Source: a virus. From it: a stretch of DNA of 64,000 bases. Within the stretch, counting starts at the first letter, position 1; each line of letters starts with the position of its first letter. Made by a program: the position numbers and the translations under genes. A model generated the notes under the pieces. That model did no database searches. It was given only the letters and a program-made list of their open reading frames with translations, and was not told the origin of the DNA. Positions 18,860 through 26,991 of this stretch are shown here, in pieces. The stretch spans positions 1 through 64,000 of the IMG/VR virus record IMGVR_UViG_3300003937_000144, one strand, 5' to 3'.

Positions 18860-19120
18860 TATAAAACGACGTAAAGGTGAAGGTAGGAGCACTTAACACG
18901 TGGGTTCAATTCCCACCTCCTCCACCAAATATATTTTAAACGAGATGTATTTGATGGGGGAGACACGGCTTCGATTAGGTAGCAGATCCGCTTGAGACTC
19001 GTCAGCCAACAAAGGCTATAAAATGAAAAATTAATCGGCAATCAGTCAGATTATTTACTAGCGGCGTAGAGTCAGCTAGTTGAGGTTTTCTCCGGAGTTC
19101 CTTATCACCCAATACTCCGG
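18860..19120 (+). ncRNA. ssrA: Circularly permuted (two-piece) tmRNA; tag (A)GNQSDYLLAA
   Basis: T-arm GTGGG-TTCAATT-CCCAC then CTCCTCC-A-CCA (to 18927) precedes the 5' strand GGGGGAG (18956-18962), giving a 7-bp acceptor stem with G3:U wobble; tag ORF 19037-19069 ends LAA-stop; outer ends approximate. Confidence 0.93.
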
Positions 19121-19130
19121 TCTTTTTTTT
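19092..19130 (+). terminator. Hairpin plus U-tract ending tmRNA
   Basis: CCGGAGT...ACTCCGG followed by TCTTTTTTTT. Confidence 0.7.
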
Positions 19131-19144
19131 ATATACATAATACT

Positions 19145-19456
19145 ATGATATCTCTAACTTCCCACGCAACTGAAAAATTACATGGCCTTCTAACTGGTCA
19201 AATGGGATTACGTGTATTAGTAAAAACTACAGGCTGTTCAGGTCTGGCCTATCACTTAGAATATTCTATAGATAAAAATATAGACGATATAGAAGAAACT
19301 ATTAATGGTGTTCGTGTAGTCATTGATCCTAAATCACTTGCATACGTCGATGGATGTGAGATAGACTATAAATATGAAGGTCTTAATGAAGGCTTTGAAT
19401 TTTATAACCCCAAAGAAAAAGCCAGGTGTGGTTGTGGAGAATCATTTACAGTATGA
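19145..19456 (+). CDS. iscA: IscA/HesB-type Fe-S cluster carrier
   Basis: TTGCSGLAY and RCGCGESF motifs. Confidence 0.93.
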   Translation: MISLTSHATEKLHGLLTGQMGLRVLVKTTGCSGLAYHLEYSIDKNIDDIEETINGVRVVIDPKSLAYVDGCEIDYKYEGLNEGFEFYNPKEKARCGCGESFTV

Positions 19457-20535
19457 AAATGAAAAAATCTGTATTTAAAATAAATACAAAAAGCCACTTA
19501 GAAAAAGATTTATTCTTTGACGAAGGTGTTGACGTTGCAAGATATGATGTAGTTAAATACCCAGCCTTACAAAAACTATATGAGAAGATGTTATCATTCT
19601 ATTGGACTCCTGATGAGATCGATGTCACAAAAGACAAGATTGATTTTAGTAAGCTAACAAAAAACGAACAACACATATTTACATCCAACCTAAAAAGACA
19701 AATCATATTAGACTCGGTACAGGGCAGATCACCTGACTTGGCTTTATTGCCACTTGCAAGTAATCCTGAACTTGAGTTACTTATTGAAACATGGGCATTC
19801 TTTGAGACTATTCACTCAAGATCGTATACACACGTTATCAGAAATGTATATCCTAATCCATCAAAGGTATTCGATGAGATAACTTCGATACCGGCAATAT
19901 CCGAATGTGGTAATGCAATCTCAGAACATTATGACAACCTCATCAATTATAAGGGCCCTCACGGTAGCTATACACATAAAAAACTGTTATATCTCTGTTT
20001 GATCAGTATATATATTCTGGAAGGTATAAGATTCTATGTGAGCTTTGCATGTTCATGGGCATTCGCAGAGCTTAAACAAATGGAAGGCAATGCAAAAATT
20101 ATTAAGTTAATTGCAAGAGATGAGAATCTACACCTTGCAGCATCGTTAAATATTATTCGTACGCTGATTAAAGAAGATAAAGACTTTGAAGACATTAAGC
20201 TTTCAACTAACGATCAAGTAATGAATCTATTTGAAGATGCATTGGTACAAGAAGAGGAATGGTGTGATTACCTATTTGGTAATGGTTCAATGATTGGATT
20301 AAACACAGACCTCTTAAAAGAATATGTACGTTGGATTGGAGCAAAGAGAATTAGAACACTAAATTATCCTGTACCATTTTCAACACATCAGCATAACCCA
20401 CTTCCATGGACAGAGAAATGGATTAGTGGCGGAGCAGTACAAGTTGCTCCACAAGAAACAGAGATAACATCTTACACATTAGGTGGTGTCAAACAAGATG
20501 TTAATAAGAAATCATTCGAGGGATTAAGTTTATGA
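19453..20535 (+). CDS. nrdB: Ribonucleotide reductase class Ia beta subunit
   Basis: FYWTPDEI, LDSVQGR, FETIHSRSY, EGIRFYVSF, RDENLH, VAPQE; start likely ATG 19453. Confidence 0.97.
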   Translation: MKMKKSVFKINTKSHLEKDLFFDEGVDVARYDVVKYPALQKLYEKMLSFYWTPDEIDVTKDKIDFSKLTKNEQHIFTSNLKRQIILDSVQGRSPDLALLPLASNPELELLIETWAFFETIHSRSYTHVIRNVYPNPSKVFDEITSIPAISECGNAISEHYDNLINYKGPHGSYTHKKLLYLCLISIYILEGIRFYVSFACSWAFAELKQMEGNAKIIKLIARDENLHLAASLNIIRTLIKEDKDFEDIKLSTNDQVMNLFEDALVQEEEWCDYLFGNGSMIGLNTDLLKEYVRWIGAKRIRTLNYPVPFSTHQHNPLPWTEKWISGGAVQVAPQETEITSYTLGGVKQDVNKKSFEGLSL

Positions 20536-20777
20536 GTACAGCAATAGTATGGTCTAAAAATAATTGTATATATTGTACAAAAGCAAAAGACTATTTAAAG
20601 AAAAAGAAAATTAATATAGAAGAGAGAAATGTTCAATCAGGTGAATGGTCAATGACTGATCTTCAAGAAAAGGTTCCAGGCGCAAGAGCATTTCCACAGA
20701 TATTTATTGACGGTAAGTATGTAGGATCATATGACAAGATGATGGCACATGTTCAAATGGGAGAATTAAGTTTATGA
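20532..20777 (+). CDS. Glutaredoxin
   Basis: CIYC, FPQIFIDG. Confidence 0.92.
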   Translation: MSTAIVWSKNNCIYCTKAKDYLKKKKINIEERNVQSGEWSMTDLQEKVPGARAFPQIFIDGKYVGSYDKMMAHVQMGELSL

Positions 20778-20968
20778 TTTGTAATGAATGTAATAGTGAA
20801 CCATTTCAGGTTACTGTTAAAGAGGAATTAGGCTTTGACAATGAAGCAATTGAACTTGGATTGGAAGTGACGCACTGCCCATTTTGCGGTGCTAATTTAG
20901 AATGGGCCCAGCGTGGAGGATATGATGCATCAGAATACGATAACGATGAAGACCGATTGGACGTATAA
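20774..20968 (+). CDS. Small zinc-ribbon protein
   Basis: CNEC ... CPFCG. Confidence 0.7.
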   Translation: MICNECNSEPFQVTVKEELGFDNEAIELGLEVTHCPFCGANLEWAQRGGYDASEYDNDEDRLDV

Positions 20969-21392
20969 TGGGAGACAATTTACTTCTGCTGATATTAATG
21001 ATTTTTATGGTTTTGTGTATCGCATTACCAACTTGGTCACCGGATATGACTATGTCGGACGTAAGTATTTCAGGACAGTTCGAAAGCTTAAGCCCCTAGT
21101 AGGTTTTAAAAGGAAACGTAAGGTTACAAAGGAAACTGACTGGCAAGAGTATTGGGGGTCAAGTAATAGGCTAACCGAAGATATAGAGAAACTAGGTAAA
21201 GAGAATTTCAAACGTGAGATCATTTGTTTATGTAAGACTCGTGGTGATACAAACTATATGGAAGCGAAGATCCAATTTGATGAGGATGTTCTATTGAATG
21301 AGAAAAATTATAATGGTATTATAGCTGTAAAGATTGGCGTAGGATCAGTTAAAAATTTAGCGGAAAACTATGTACATAAGCAAAAACTATGA
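20946..21392 (+). CDS. GIY-YIG (Seg-like) endonuclease
   Basis: GFVYRITN...YVGRK, YWGSS, FKREII, YNG; start likely ATG 20946. Confidence 0.85.
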   Translation: MKTDWTYNGRQFTSADINDFYGFVYRITNLVTGYDYVGRKYFRTVRKLKPLVGFKRKRKVTKETDWQEYWGSSNRLTEDIEKLGKENFKREIICLCKTRGDTNYMEAKIQFDEDVLLNEKNYNGIIAVKIGVGSVKNLAENYVHKQKL

Positions 21393-21398
21393 TATAAT
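21369..21398 (+). promoter_or_regulatory. Middle-type promoter TATGTAC-N16-TATAAT
   Basis: ATGTAC-N17-TATAAT with TGn, upstream of rnh. Confidence 0.75.
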
Positions 21399-21405
21399 AT
21401 AGAGT

Positions 21406-22263
21406 ATGGTATTAGTAGATTTTAATGGTTTAGCAATTGGTTCTATCATGGGCCAATTAGGACGAGGTGAAGAGCTTAGTGAGAATTTAGTTAAACATAT
21501 AATTCTTAATAATCTTAGAGTATATCGTAACAAATACCCAGAGTCAAATCATGGCAAAATGGTTATCTGTTGTGATAGTTACTCTTGGCGTAAAGATGTA
21601 TTCCCTGAATATAAAGCTCAGCGCAAAACTAATCGTGCTAAAGATAAACATGACTGGACAATGATCTTCGACTTAATAGAAGATACTCTCAAAGATTTAC
21701 GTGAGAATTTCCCTTATGCTGTTATTAAGGTAGACGGTGCAGAAGCAGATGATATCATTGGAGTACTTACTAAGGAAGCAGCCCAACCTCTTCTAGGTGA
21801 AGATGTAGTTATTATATCAGCTGACAAAGACTTTATTCAATTACAAGTAGATGGTCATGTCATACAATGGTCACCACTATTTAATAAAATGATTAAGGAA
21901 GATAATCCTCGTAGTTACCTATTCGATCATATTCTTAAAGGTGATGCTAGTGATGGTGTTCCTAATGCAAACTCTCATGATGATGTATTTCTGTCAGAGG
22001 CAAGACAAACACCTATGACACAAAAAGCTATAAATAAATACTGGGATAATCGTGATGACTTAGAAGCTATCATGAAACCTAATGTCTATCGTAACTTTAT
22101 GCGTAATGTACAAATGATAGATCTAGAGAATACACCACAAGAGATGGCAGGTGAAATATATATTGATTATCTAGAATATCAATATCCTCCTCGTACGAAT
22201 ATACTTACGTACCTTGTAGAGAATAGAATGAAAATGCTTATAGAGTGTGCTAACGAATTTTGA
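21406..22263 (+). CDS. rnh: T4-type RNase H / 5'-3' flap exonuclease
   Basis: LVDFN, WRKDVFPEYKAQR, EADDIIG, ISADKDFIQL, KGDASDGVPN. Confidence 0.95.
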   Translation: MVLVDFNGLAIGSIMGQLGRGEELSENLVKHIILNNLRVYRNKYPESNHGKMVICCDSYSWRKDVFPEYKAQRKTNRAKDKHDWTMIFDLIEDTLKDLRENFPYAVIKVDGAEADDIIGVLTKEAAQPLLGEDVVIISADKDFIQLQVDGHVIQWSPLFNKMIKEDNPRSYLFDHILKGDASDGVPNANSHDDVFLSEARQTPMTQKAINKYWDNRDDLEAIMKPNVYRNFMRNVQMIDLENTPQEMAGEIYIDYLEYQYPPRTNILTYLVENRMKMLIECANEF

Positions 22264-22415
22264 ATGAAGAAGAGTTAAAAGAATTCATTGAATATTTTAA
22301 AGATGAATTACCAAATCCAGACCATCATCCACAGAAAGTTATGTGGTTATATAAATGGTGGAAGAGTATAGTTATAAGGAATAGAGATGCCGACGTACAC
22401 GTTCGAAAGCAATAA
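22260..22415 (+). CDS. Small hypothetical protein (TTG start)
   Basis: MNEEELKEFIEYFKDELPNPDHHPQKVMWLYKWW..., TTGA overlap with rnh stop. Confidence 0.55.
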   Translation: MNEEELKEFIEYFKDELPNPDHHPQKVMWLYKWWKSIVIRNRDADVHVRKQ

Positions 22416-22644
22416 GACTGGTAAAATATGGGATGATACCATGAGCTGGAAAAAGCTTGAAGAGTATTATAAAGAACATGACTGTGTCCAAATATTTACT
22501 TCGATGCCAAAAGTTGTATCAATGGTTGGCGATGTTCAATCGAAGACCACTAGTGAATTCAAAGACAAAATGGCAGATATCCACAAGCAGGCTGGACAAC
22601 ACAGCCAAATGTTTAAAGGAACTAAAGAACAAGGTAATCATTAA
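22387..22644 (+). CDS. FmdB-like (MPTY) small protein
   Basis: MPTYTF N-terminus; typical neighbour of the exonuclease in T4-like phages. Confidence 0.65.
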   Translation: MPTYTFESNKTGKIWDDTMSWKKLEEYYKEHDCVQIFTSMPKVVSMVGDVQSKTTSEFKDKMADIHKQAGQHSQMFKGTKEQGNH

Positions 22645-23309
22645 TGTTTAAACATGAACCCGTTGACTTAGGTTATGAAGACTTAGCTACTATCAGTAAA
22701 GGTGGTAGACAATATGTTATAGAGAAAACCGATGTCAAGACTGTATACTATCCGTCAATCACAAATCTCCTTGGCAATCTAAGTAAAGAAGCTATTAAAG
22801 CATGGAGAGATCGTATAGGTCACGAAGAAGCAAATAAGATATCTAGACAAGCAGCAGGAAGAGGCACAGCAGTTCACCAAGTCTGTGAAGATTATGTGAA
22901 CAATAATCCTGATTATGACAAAGATTTAATGCCTAATATCTTATATGACTTCAATAGAATTAAAGATATACTTGATACCAGGATAGGTACAGTATATGGA
23001 CAAGAATTACCGTTGTATTCTGACCATTTAAAAGTCGCTGGAAGAGTTGACTGTGTGGCAGAGTTTGATGGTAAAGTAAGTATAATAGATTATAAGACCA
23101 GTCGAAAGACTAAAAAAAAGGAATGGATCCATTCTTATTTCATGCAAGAATGCTTTTATGCTATTGCATGGGAAGAGAGAACTGGTATTCCTATCACACA
23201 ATTAGTAACAATCATATCTGTTGACAACGCAGAACCACAGGTGTTTATTGAACATCGTGACAATTGGGATAAAGAACTTGTACAAGTTATAGAAAAATAT
23301 TCTACATAA
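22644..23309 (+). CDS. Cas4-like PD-(D/E)xK exonuclease
   Basis: YPSIT, RGTAVH, AGRVDC, IIDYKTS, Q...YA. Confidence 0.88.
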   Translation: MFKHEPVDLGYEDLATISKGGRQYVIEKTDVKTVYYPSITNLLGNLSKEAIKAWRDRIGHEEANKISRQAAGRGTAVHQVCEDYVNNNPDYDKDLMPNILYDFNRIKDILDTRIGTVYGQELPLYSDHLKVAGRVDCVAEFDGKVSIIDYKTSRKTKKKEWIHSYFMQECFYAIAWEERTGIPITQLVTIISVDNAEPQVFIEHRDNWDKELVQVIEKYST

Positions 23310-23332
23310 GCCGCATTTCATAGAAAAATCTT

Positions 23333-23379
23333 ACTATTTTCGAAAATAGTTACACAAGCGCCGCAAACTATGATATAAT
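23333..23379 (+). promoter_or_regulatory. Early-type promoter with perfect 18-bp palindrome ACTATTTTCGAAAATAGT and TGATATAAT -10
   Basis: Intergenic position, palindrome 23333-23350, extended -10 ending 23379. Confidence 0.65.
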
Positions 23380-23411
23380 GGTACCATATTTAATAAAAAA
23401 GGAAGATAAAA

Positions 23412-23486
23412 GTGGAAAGTGAAATTGTGTTTTTTCTAGTTATGTTAGGAAATTTAGGTTTACATGTTCTTTTAGGGAGATACTAA
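23412..23486 (+). CDS. 24-aa hydrophobic peptide (GTG start)
   Basis: AGGA RBS; MESEIVFFLVMLGNLGLHVLLGRY. Confidence 0.45.
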   Translation: MESEIVFFLVMLGNLGLHVLLGRY

Positions 23487-23487
23487 A

Positions 23488-23793
23488 ATGGTTGTTACAG
23501 ATTTAATATATAGGTTGGTTGGACGTTCAGATACAACATGGACTGAAACAGTTGAAGGCCATCCGGAACGAGATACCTTACATATAGGATTCTCGGGTGA
23601 TGAAGACAGGCGAGAAACTGTCCGCTCAATACTGCAGCAAAGCGGTGTTCTATTGAGTGAAGTTGAACGCTTAAGGGAAGAAGGTGTTGTCTTAGATGTT
23701 GTCTTAGACGATTACTTTGTTGGACTTAGGCTGAGTTTAGAGCGTGTCTGGTTATTTACATCTTGGTCACGTGAAACAATATTGAGATTTTAA
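23488..23793 (+). CDS. Hypothetical protein devoid of Lys, Asn, Ala and Cys
   Basis: GGGAG RBS, fills the space between neighbours, 101 codons. Confidence 0.65.
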   Translation: MVVTDLIYRLVGRSDTTWTETVEGHPERDTLHIGFSGDEDRRETVRSILQQSGVLLSEVERLREEGVVLDVVLDDYFVGLRLSLERVWLFTSWSRETILRF

Positions 23794-23803
23794 GGAGAAA
23801 ATT

Positions 23804-24091
23804 ATGAATACATTAGAACTATTAGAAAAATATGCAAGTCCAAAAGGAGAAGCTTCTTTTGCAAAAGGTATACCTATAAAATATCTTAAAGAAGTTCGAG
23901 AAGCTTTAAAGCTTGGCGATACTGTTGAAGCTGTCGAGAAAAAATGGACAGAAGCTGGATGGACTTATAACAGCTTTAGATACGTATTTCGCGGGAAGTC
24001 TAAACCTGGGTTTGTACGTCCACGAGCGTGGTGTCCTAAACCACATGCAGAAACATTTGCAATTTATGAGCGAGGTAATTATGCCTACTAG
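23804..24091 (+). CDS. Hypothetical protein
   Basis: AGGAG RBS; KGIP...RYVFRG...AETFAIY. Confidence 0.7.
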   Translation: MNTLELLEKYASPKGEASFAKGIPIKYLKEVREALKLGDTVEAVEKKWTEAGWTYNSFRYVFRGKSKPGFVRPRAWCPKPHAETFAIYERGNYAY

Positions 24092-24248
24092 ATCTAAATC
24101 AACACAGGCATTTATTGATGCCAATCCAGATAAATTCAGAATTATTACCCCGGAGGAAACTGCCAAGACTTTAGCAAAGCAAAGCGGTGGATATTTTAAA
24201 GGTAGATCTGTTATGGGTCCATCTAAAAAGAAGGGGAAATCGTCATGA
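24081..24248 (+). CDS. Small basic hypothetical protein
   Basis: GAGG RBS, MPTRSKSTQAFIDANPDKF... Confidence 0.55.
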   Translation: MPTRSKSTQAFIDANPDKFRIITPEETAKTLAKQSGGYFKGRSVMGPSKKKGKSS

Positions 24249-24319
24249 TGACATTTAATAATATTTTAGTAATGCTATTACTCGTTGCCAATTTCTTTAT
24301 ATGGAGTTGGGTTTTATAA
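24245..24319 (+). CDS. 24-aa membrane peptide
   Basis: MMTFNNILVMLLLVANFFIWSWVL with ATGA/TAATG overlaps. Confidence 0.45.
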   Translation: MMTFNNILVMLLLVANFFIWSWVL

Positions 24320-24558
24320 TGTGGGTTAAAGATAGCAAGCGTGCACGAATACACGAATTAGAAGGTATACGTCTTAGATCAGCCAGACTATGGTTAGACA
24401 AAGATGGATTCCATCCTTTCCTAGATCAGGATAAATTAACTAAACCCGACTTGCAAAAATCTATGGGTTGCAAGTATGATGAATTACCTAAAGAAGCATG
24501 GGATGTGATGGATCGTTATGATGAAGCATTAGCAAGAGGGAGCGAGTATGCTACGTGA
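24319..24558 (+). CDS. Hypothetical protein
   Basis: ORF 24301..24558, likely start 24319. Confidence 0.55.
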   Translation: MWVKDSKRARIHELEGIRLRSARLWLDKDGFHPFLDQDKLTKPDLQKSMGCKYDELPKEAWDVMDRYDEALARGSEYAT

Positions 24559-25138
24559 AATAAATGACAAATTAATACTGACTGACTGTGATGGAGTCCT
24601 ATTAGATTGGGAGTACCATTTCTATAAGTGGCTTAAGGAGACTGAAGGTTATGAGAGACTTGGTCCCGAATATAACATTGGTAAAGCTATAGGTGTTGCA
24701 CAGAAAACTGGTGCAAAGTTTGTAAACTTGTTTAACAGATCAGAGTATATGAAAACTTTATCGCCTATGCGCGATGCTATTAAGTATGTTCGTAAGTTAC
24801 ATGAGGAGCATGGATATATATTCCATGTGATTACTTCTCAGACTAACTGTCGACTTGCACAAGAGTATCGTAAAGAGAACTTGCGCAATGTATTTGGTGA
24901 AGTCTTTGATGGCTTTACTATACTAAACACTGGTCAAGACAAAGACGAAGCTCTTAAAAAGTGGGAAGGTACTGAATGTTTCTGGGTTGAAGACAAAGCT
25001 GCTAACATTAAGATGGGCAACGATGTTGGTCTTAGAGGAATTCTTATAGACCACACTTGGAACAGAACTTGTACGTACGAATGCGAACGTGCAAGGAAAT
25101 GGAAAGATGTTTATGAAATTATTACAGGAGAAGCATAA
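24548..25138 (+). CDS. HAD-family 5'(3')-nucleotidase
   Basis: LTDCDGVLLDW, VITS, WVEDK, TWN. Confidence 0.85.
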   Translation: MLREINDKLILTDCDGVLLDWEYHFYKWLKETEGYERLGPEYNIGKAIGVAQKTGAKFVNLFNRSEYMKTLSPMRDAIKYVRKLHEEHGYIFHVITSQTNCRLAQEYRKENLRNVFGEVFDGFTILNTGQDKDEALKKWEGTECFWVEDKAANIKMGNDVGLRGILIDHTWNRTCTYECERARKWKDVYEIITGEA

Positions 25139-25346
25139 TGGCTTTAGTAACAAATAAAACTGAAGAGACTAATCACTTACGTGGTAAATCTAGGTTCTAT
25201 GTTGCTGGTTGGGTAGCTAATCGTGAGTGTGAACCGAATCTTGCAAAGGTGACATTGTCGTTGAGAAATGGCATGAAGAATACCTAAGCGGATATGGCGA
25301 TTCATTTGCTAATGGCGAATGTTTAAGCCCACCGGTTGAAGATTAA
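25138..25346 (+). CDS. Small hypothetical protein, possible frame break near 25243
   Basis: AGGAG RBS; first frame stops at 25287, an alternative frame gives KWHEEYLSGYGDSFANGEC to 25346. Confidence 0.4.
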
Positions 25347-25384
25347 AATGATATAAATAACTCTATATCACATAGGGTTCTACA

Positions 25385-25555
25385 ATGTCGACTAATGATC
25401 GATTAGAAGTTCTTGAAACAAAGTTAAAGCACATCGGTATGATGGGGCAGTGGTACCAACGGTACGATATTTCTAAGAGTGCCGAAGAATGTAAGGAGAT
25501 CATTAAAGAAGTAAAAGAGGAATTGAACGAACCGTGTGGTATGAGTAGAAAATAA
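25385..25555 (+). CDS. Small hypothetical protein after late promoter (25352-25359)
   Basis: MSTNDRLEVLETKLKHIG...; TATAAATA upstream. Confidence 0.55.
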   Translation: MSTNDRLEVLETKLKHIGMMGQWYQRYDISKSAEECKEIIKEVKEELNEPCGMSRK

Positions 25556-25872
25556 TGGAGGTGACCATGGCGTTACTGGAAGATATAGTTGATTTTTGTA
25601 AAAAGGAATTGGAGATACCCCAAGAAGTTTTAGTGTCTGTTGAGGTTGAAGATATATCAGAAGATAATGTTAAAGGTTGGACCACTGATTCTGCTGAAGA
25701 TGATGAGTACGATATTGAAATAGATACAGGTCTCGGTTTCAAAGAAACTATCTTAACTGTGTGCCACGAGATGGTACATGTTCTCCAACTACACGAACAT
25801 CGTGAGCTTGATGAAAATGAAGCTTACGAAAAAGAGGAGTTGTTATATAGAAAGTATATAAATAACTCCTAG
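25555..25872 (+). CDS. Zincin-like metallopeptidase domain protein
   Basis: CHEMVHVLQ (HExxH) and E-x-EAY. Confidence 0.7.
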   Translation: MEVTMALLEDIVDFCKKELEIPQEVLVSVEVEDISEDNVKGWTTDSAEDDEYDIEIDTGLGFKETILTVCHEMVHVLQLHEHRELDENEAYEKEELLYRKYINNS

Positions 25873-25925
25873 TAGCCATCCCTACTATAAAAAGGATTTT
25901 TTTGTTTAAATAAAAAGGAAAGTAT

Positions 25926-26684
25926 ATGTTTAAAAAACTACTAGTCGCGACGGCGGCAATGGCAGTATCTGCAACTACGTTTGCTGGTATTAGTCTTTCG
26001 GGTTTATACGAAGGTACGTTAGATAGTCACGGAACGTACACTCAAGACATTCATACTACAATGAAGGGAACGGCAGGTGCGTCTAGCGTAACCGTTGTTC
26101 TTGATAAAGATTTCAGTGTAGATGACATGTGGGTAGAGAGCACAGCTGGTGCATTTACTCTTAAAATCGGTGATTCATCTGGCGATGATCCTGATTCCAC
26201 TACGATTGGTGTAACAACCACTCTTGGTGCTTATACAGTCGGACTAAGTCAAGTGAGTGGTGGTAGCACTACTATTGACGCAAGTGGTACGATCGGTGGT
26301 ATTGCTGTAGCGGTAACTGACGTTGCAAATTCTACTAGAGAAACTACTGGTTCTATTACAACGGGTGGTGTAACCGCTAAAGTTGTACATAGCAAAGTTG
26401 CAGCAGGACATAATGCTGAAACGACGGTATCTACTACTGTTGCAGGCCTAGGCTTAACAGTTGTTAATGATAGAAATGCTGGAGCAACGAATGACAACGA
26501 AGTATCAGTCTCTCGTGTTATCGGTACGTTAGGTACTCTTAAAGGTACTTACAATAAGACAGACGCAGCGACTCCTGTTGTCACGAAAACTGTAGAGTTA
26601 ACTCGTGGTATATGGACAGCTTCTTGGTCACAGGTTGATAGCGCAGACGCTACAACTTCACTGAAGGCAAGTCTATCGTTTTAA
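25926..26684 (+). CDS. Outer-membrane beta-barrel (porin-like) protein
   Basis: Sec signal peptide (…TFA/G), alternating beta-strand pattern, C-terminal LKASLSF beta-signal; late promoter at 25857. Confidence 0.75.
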   Translation: MFKKLLVATAAMAVSATTFAGISLSGLYEGTLDSHGTYTQDIHTTMKGTAGASSVTVVLDKDFSVDDMWVESTAGAFTLKIGDSSGDDPDSTTIGVTTTLGAYTVGLSQVSGGSTTIDASGTIGGIAVAVTDVANSTRETTGSITTGGVTAKVVHSKVAAGHNAETTVSTTVAGLGLTVVNDRNAGATNDNEVSVSRVIGTLGTLKGTYNKTDAATPVVTKTVELTRGIWTASWSQVDSADATTSLKASLSF

Positions 26685-26708
26685 AAAAACTTAGGTAACT
26701 AAGTACTC

Positions 26709-26731
26709 GGGGGAGTTATTATTACTCCCCC
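26709..26731 (+). terminator. GC-rich hairpin after porin-like gene
   Basis: GGGGGAGT-TATTATT-ACTCCCCC; no strong U-tract. Confidence 0.45.
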
Positions 26732-26753
26732 ATCTTAAATTATTGGAGATCAT

Positions 26754-26987
26754 ATGAGCTATAATAATACAAAATTAATGAGCGAGCACTATAAAGATGA
26801 TGGTAGTGTTGCAAAAATTTATCAAGTAGTAACAGGAATGGATGGTGAACATTCGTTTTTTTCAATCACGTATAAAGATCCTATAGGTAACAGAATAATG
26901 CAAGAAGATTTTCCATACAAAGCTCTAGGCTATGTTGAAGATGCAGCAACGAACTGGACTAAAGGTATCAAATTACTTAAAGGATAA
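26754..26987 (+). CDS. Conserved hypothetical protein
   Basis: GGAG RBS; YVEDAATNW motif. Confidence 0.7.
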   Translation: MSYNNTKLMSEHYKDDGSVAKIYQVVTGMDGEHSFFSITYKDPIGNRIMQEDFPYKALGYVEDAATNWTKGIKLLKG

Positions 26988-26991
26988 TCAG

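Noticed and set aside
18895-18927. tRNA gene (T-arm plus CCA)
   Set aside because: No D or anticodon arm upstream; the matching 5' acceptor strand is downstream and followed by a tag ORF, so it is a permuted tmRNA
13367-20535. Introns or inteins in nrdA/nrdB (also uvsX, gp41)
   Set aside because: ORFs are continuous and of ordinary length, with no splicing motifs recognised
20946-21392. Mobile homing endonuclease
   Set aside because: Short catalytic-domain-only GIY-YIG in a typical position before rnh; no DNA-binding repeats or intron context
22644-23309. CRISPR-Cas system suggested by the Cas4-like nuclease
   Set aside because: No repeat-spacer array or other cas genes seen; this exonuclease is a routine T4-like gene
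23685-23708. 12-bp direct repeat TGTTGTCTTAGA x2
   Set aside because: Only two copies, in frame (VVLD VVLD); a simple duplication
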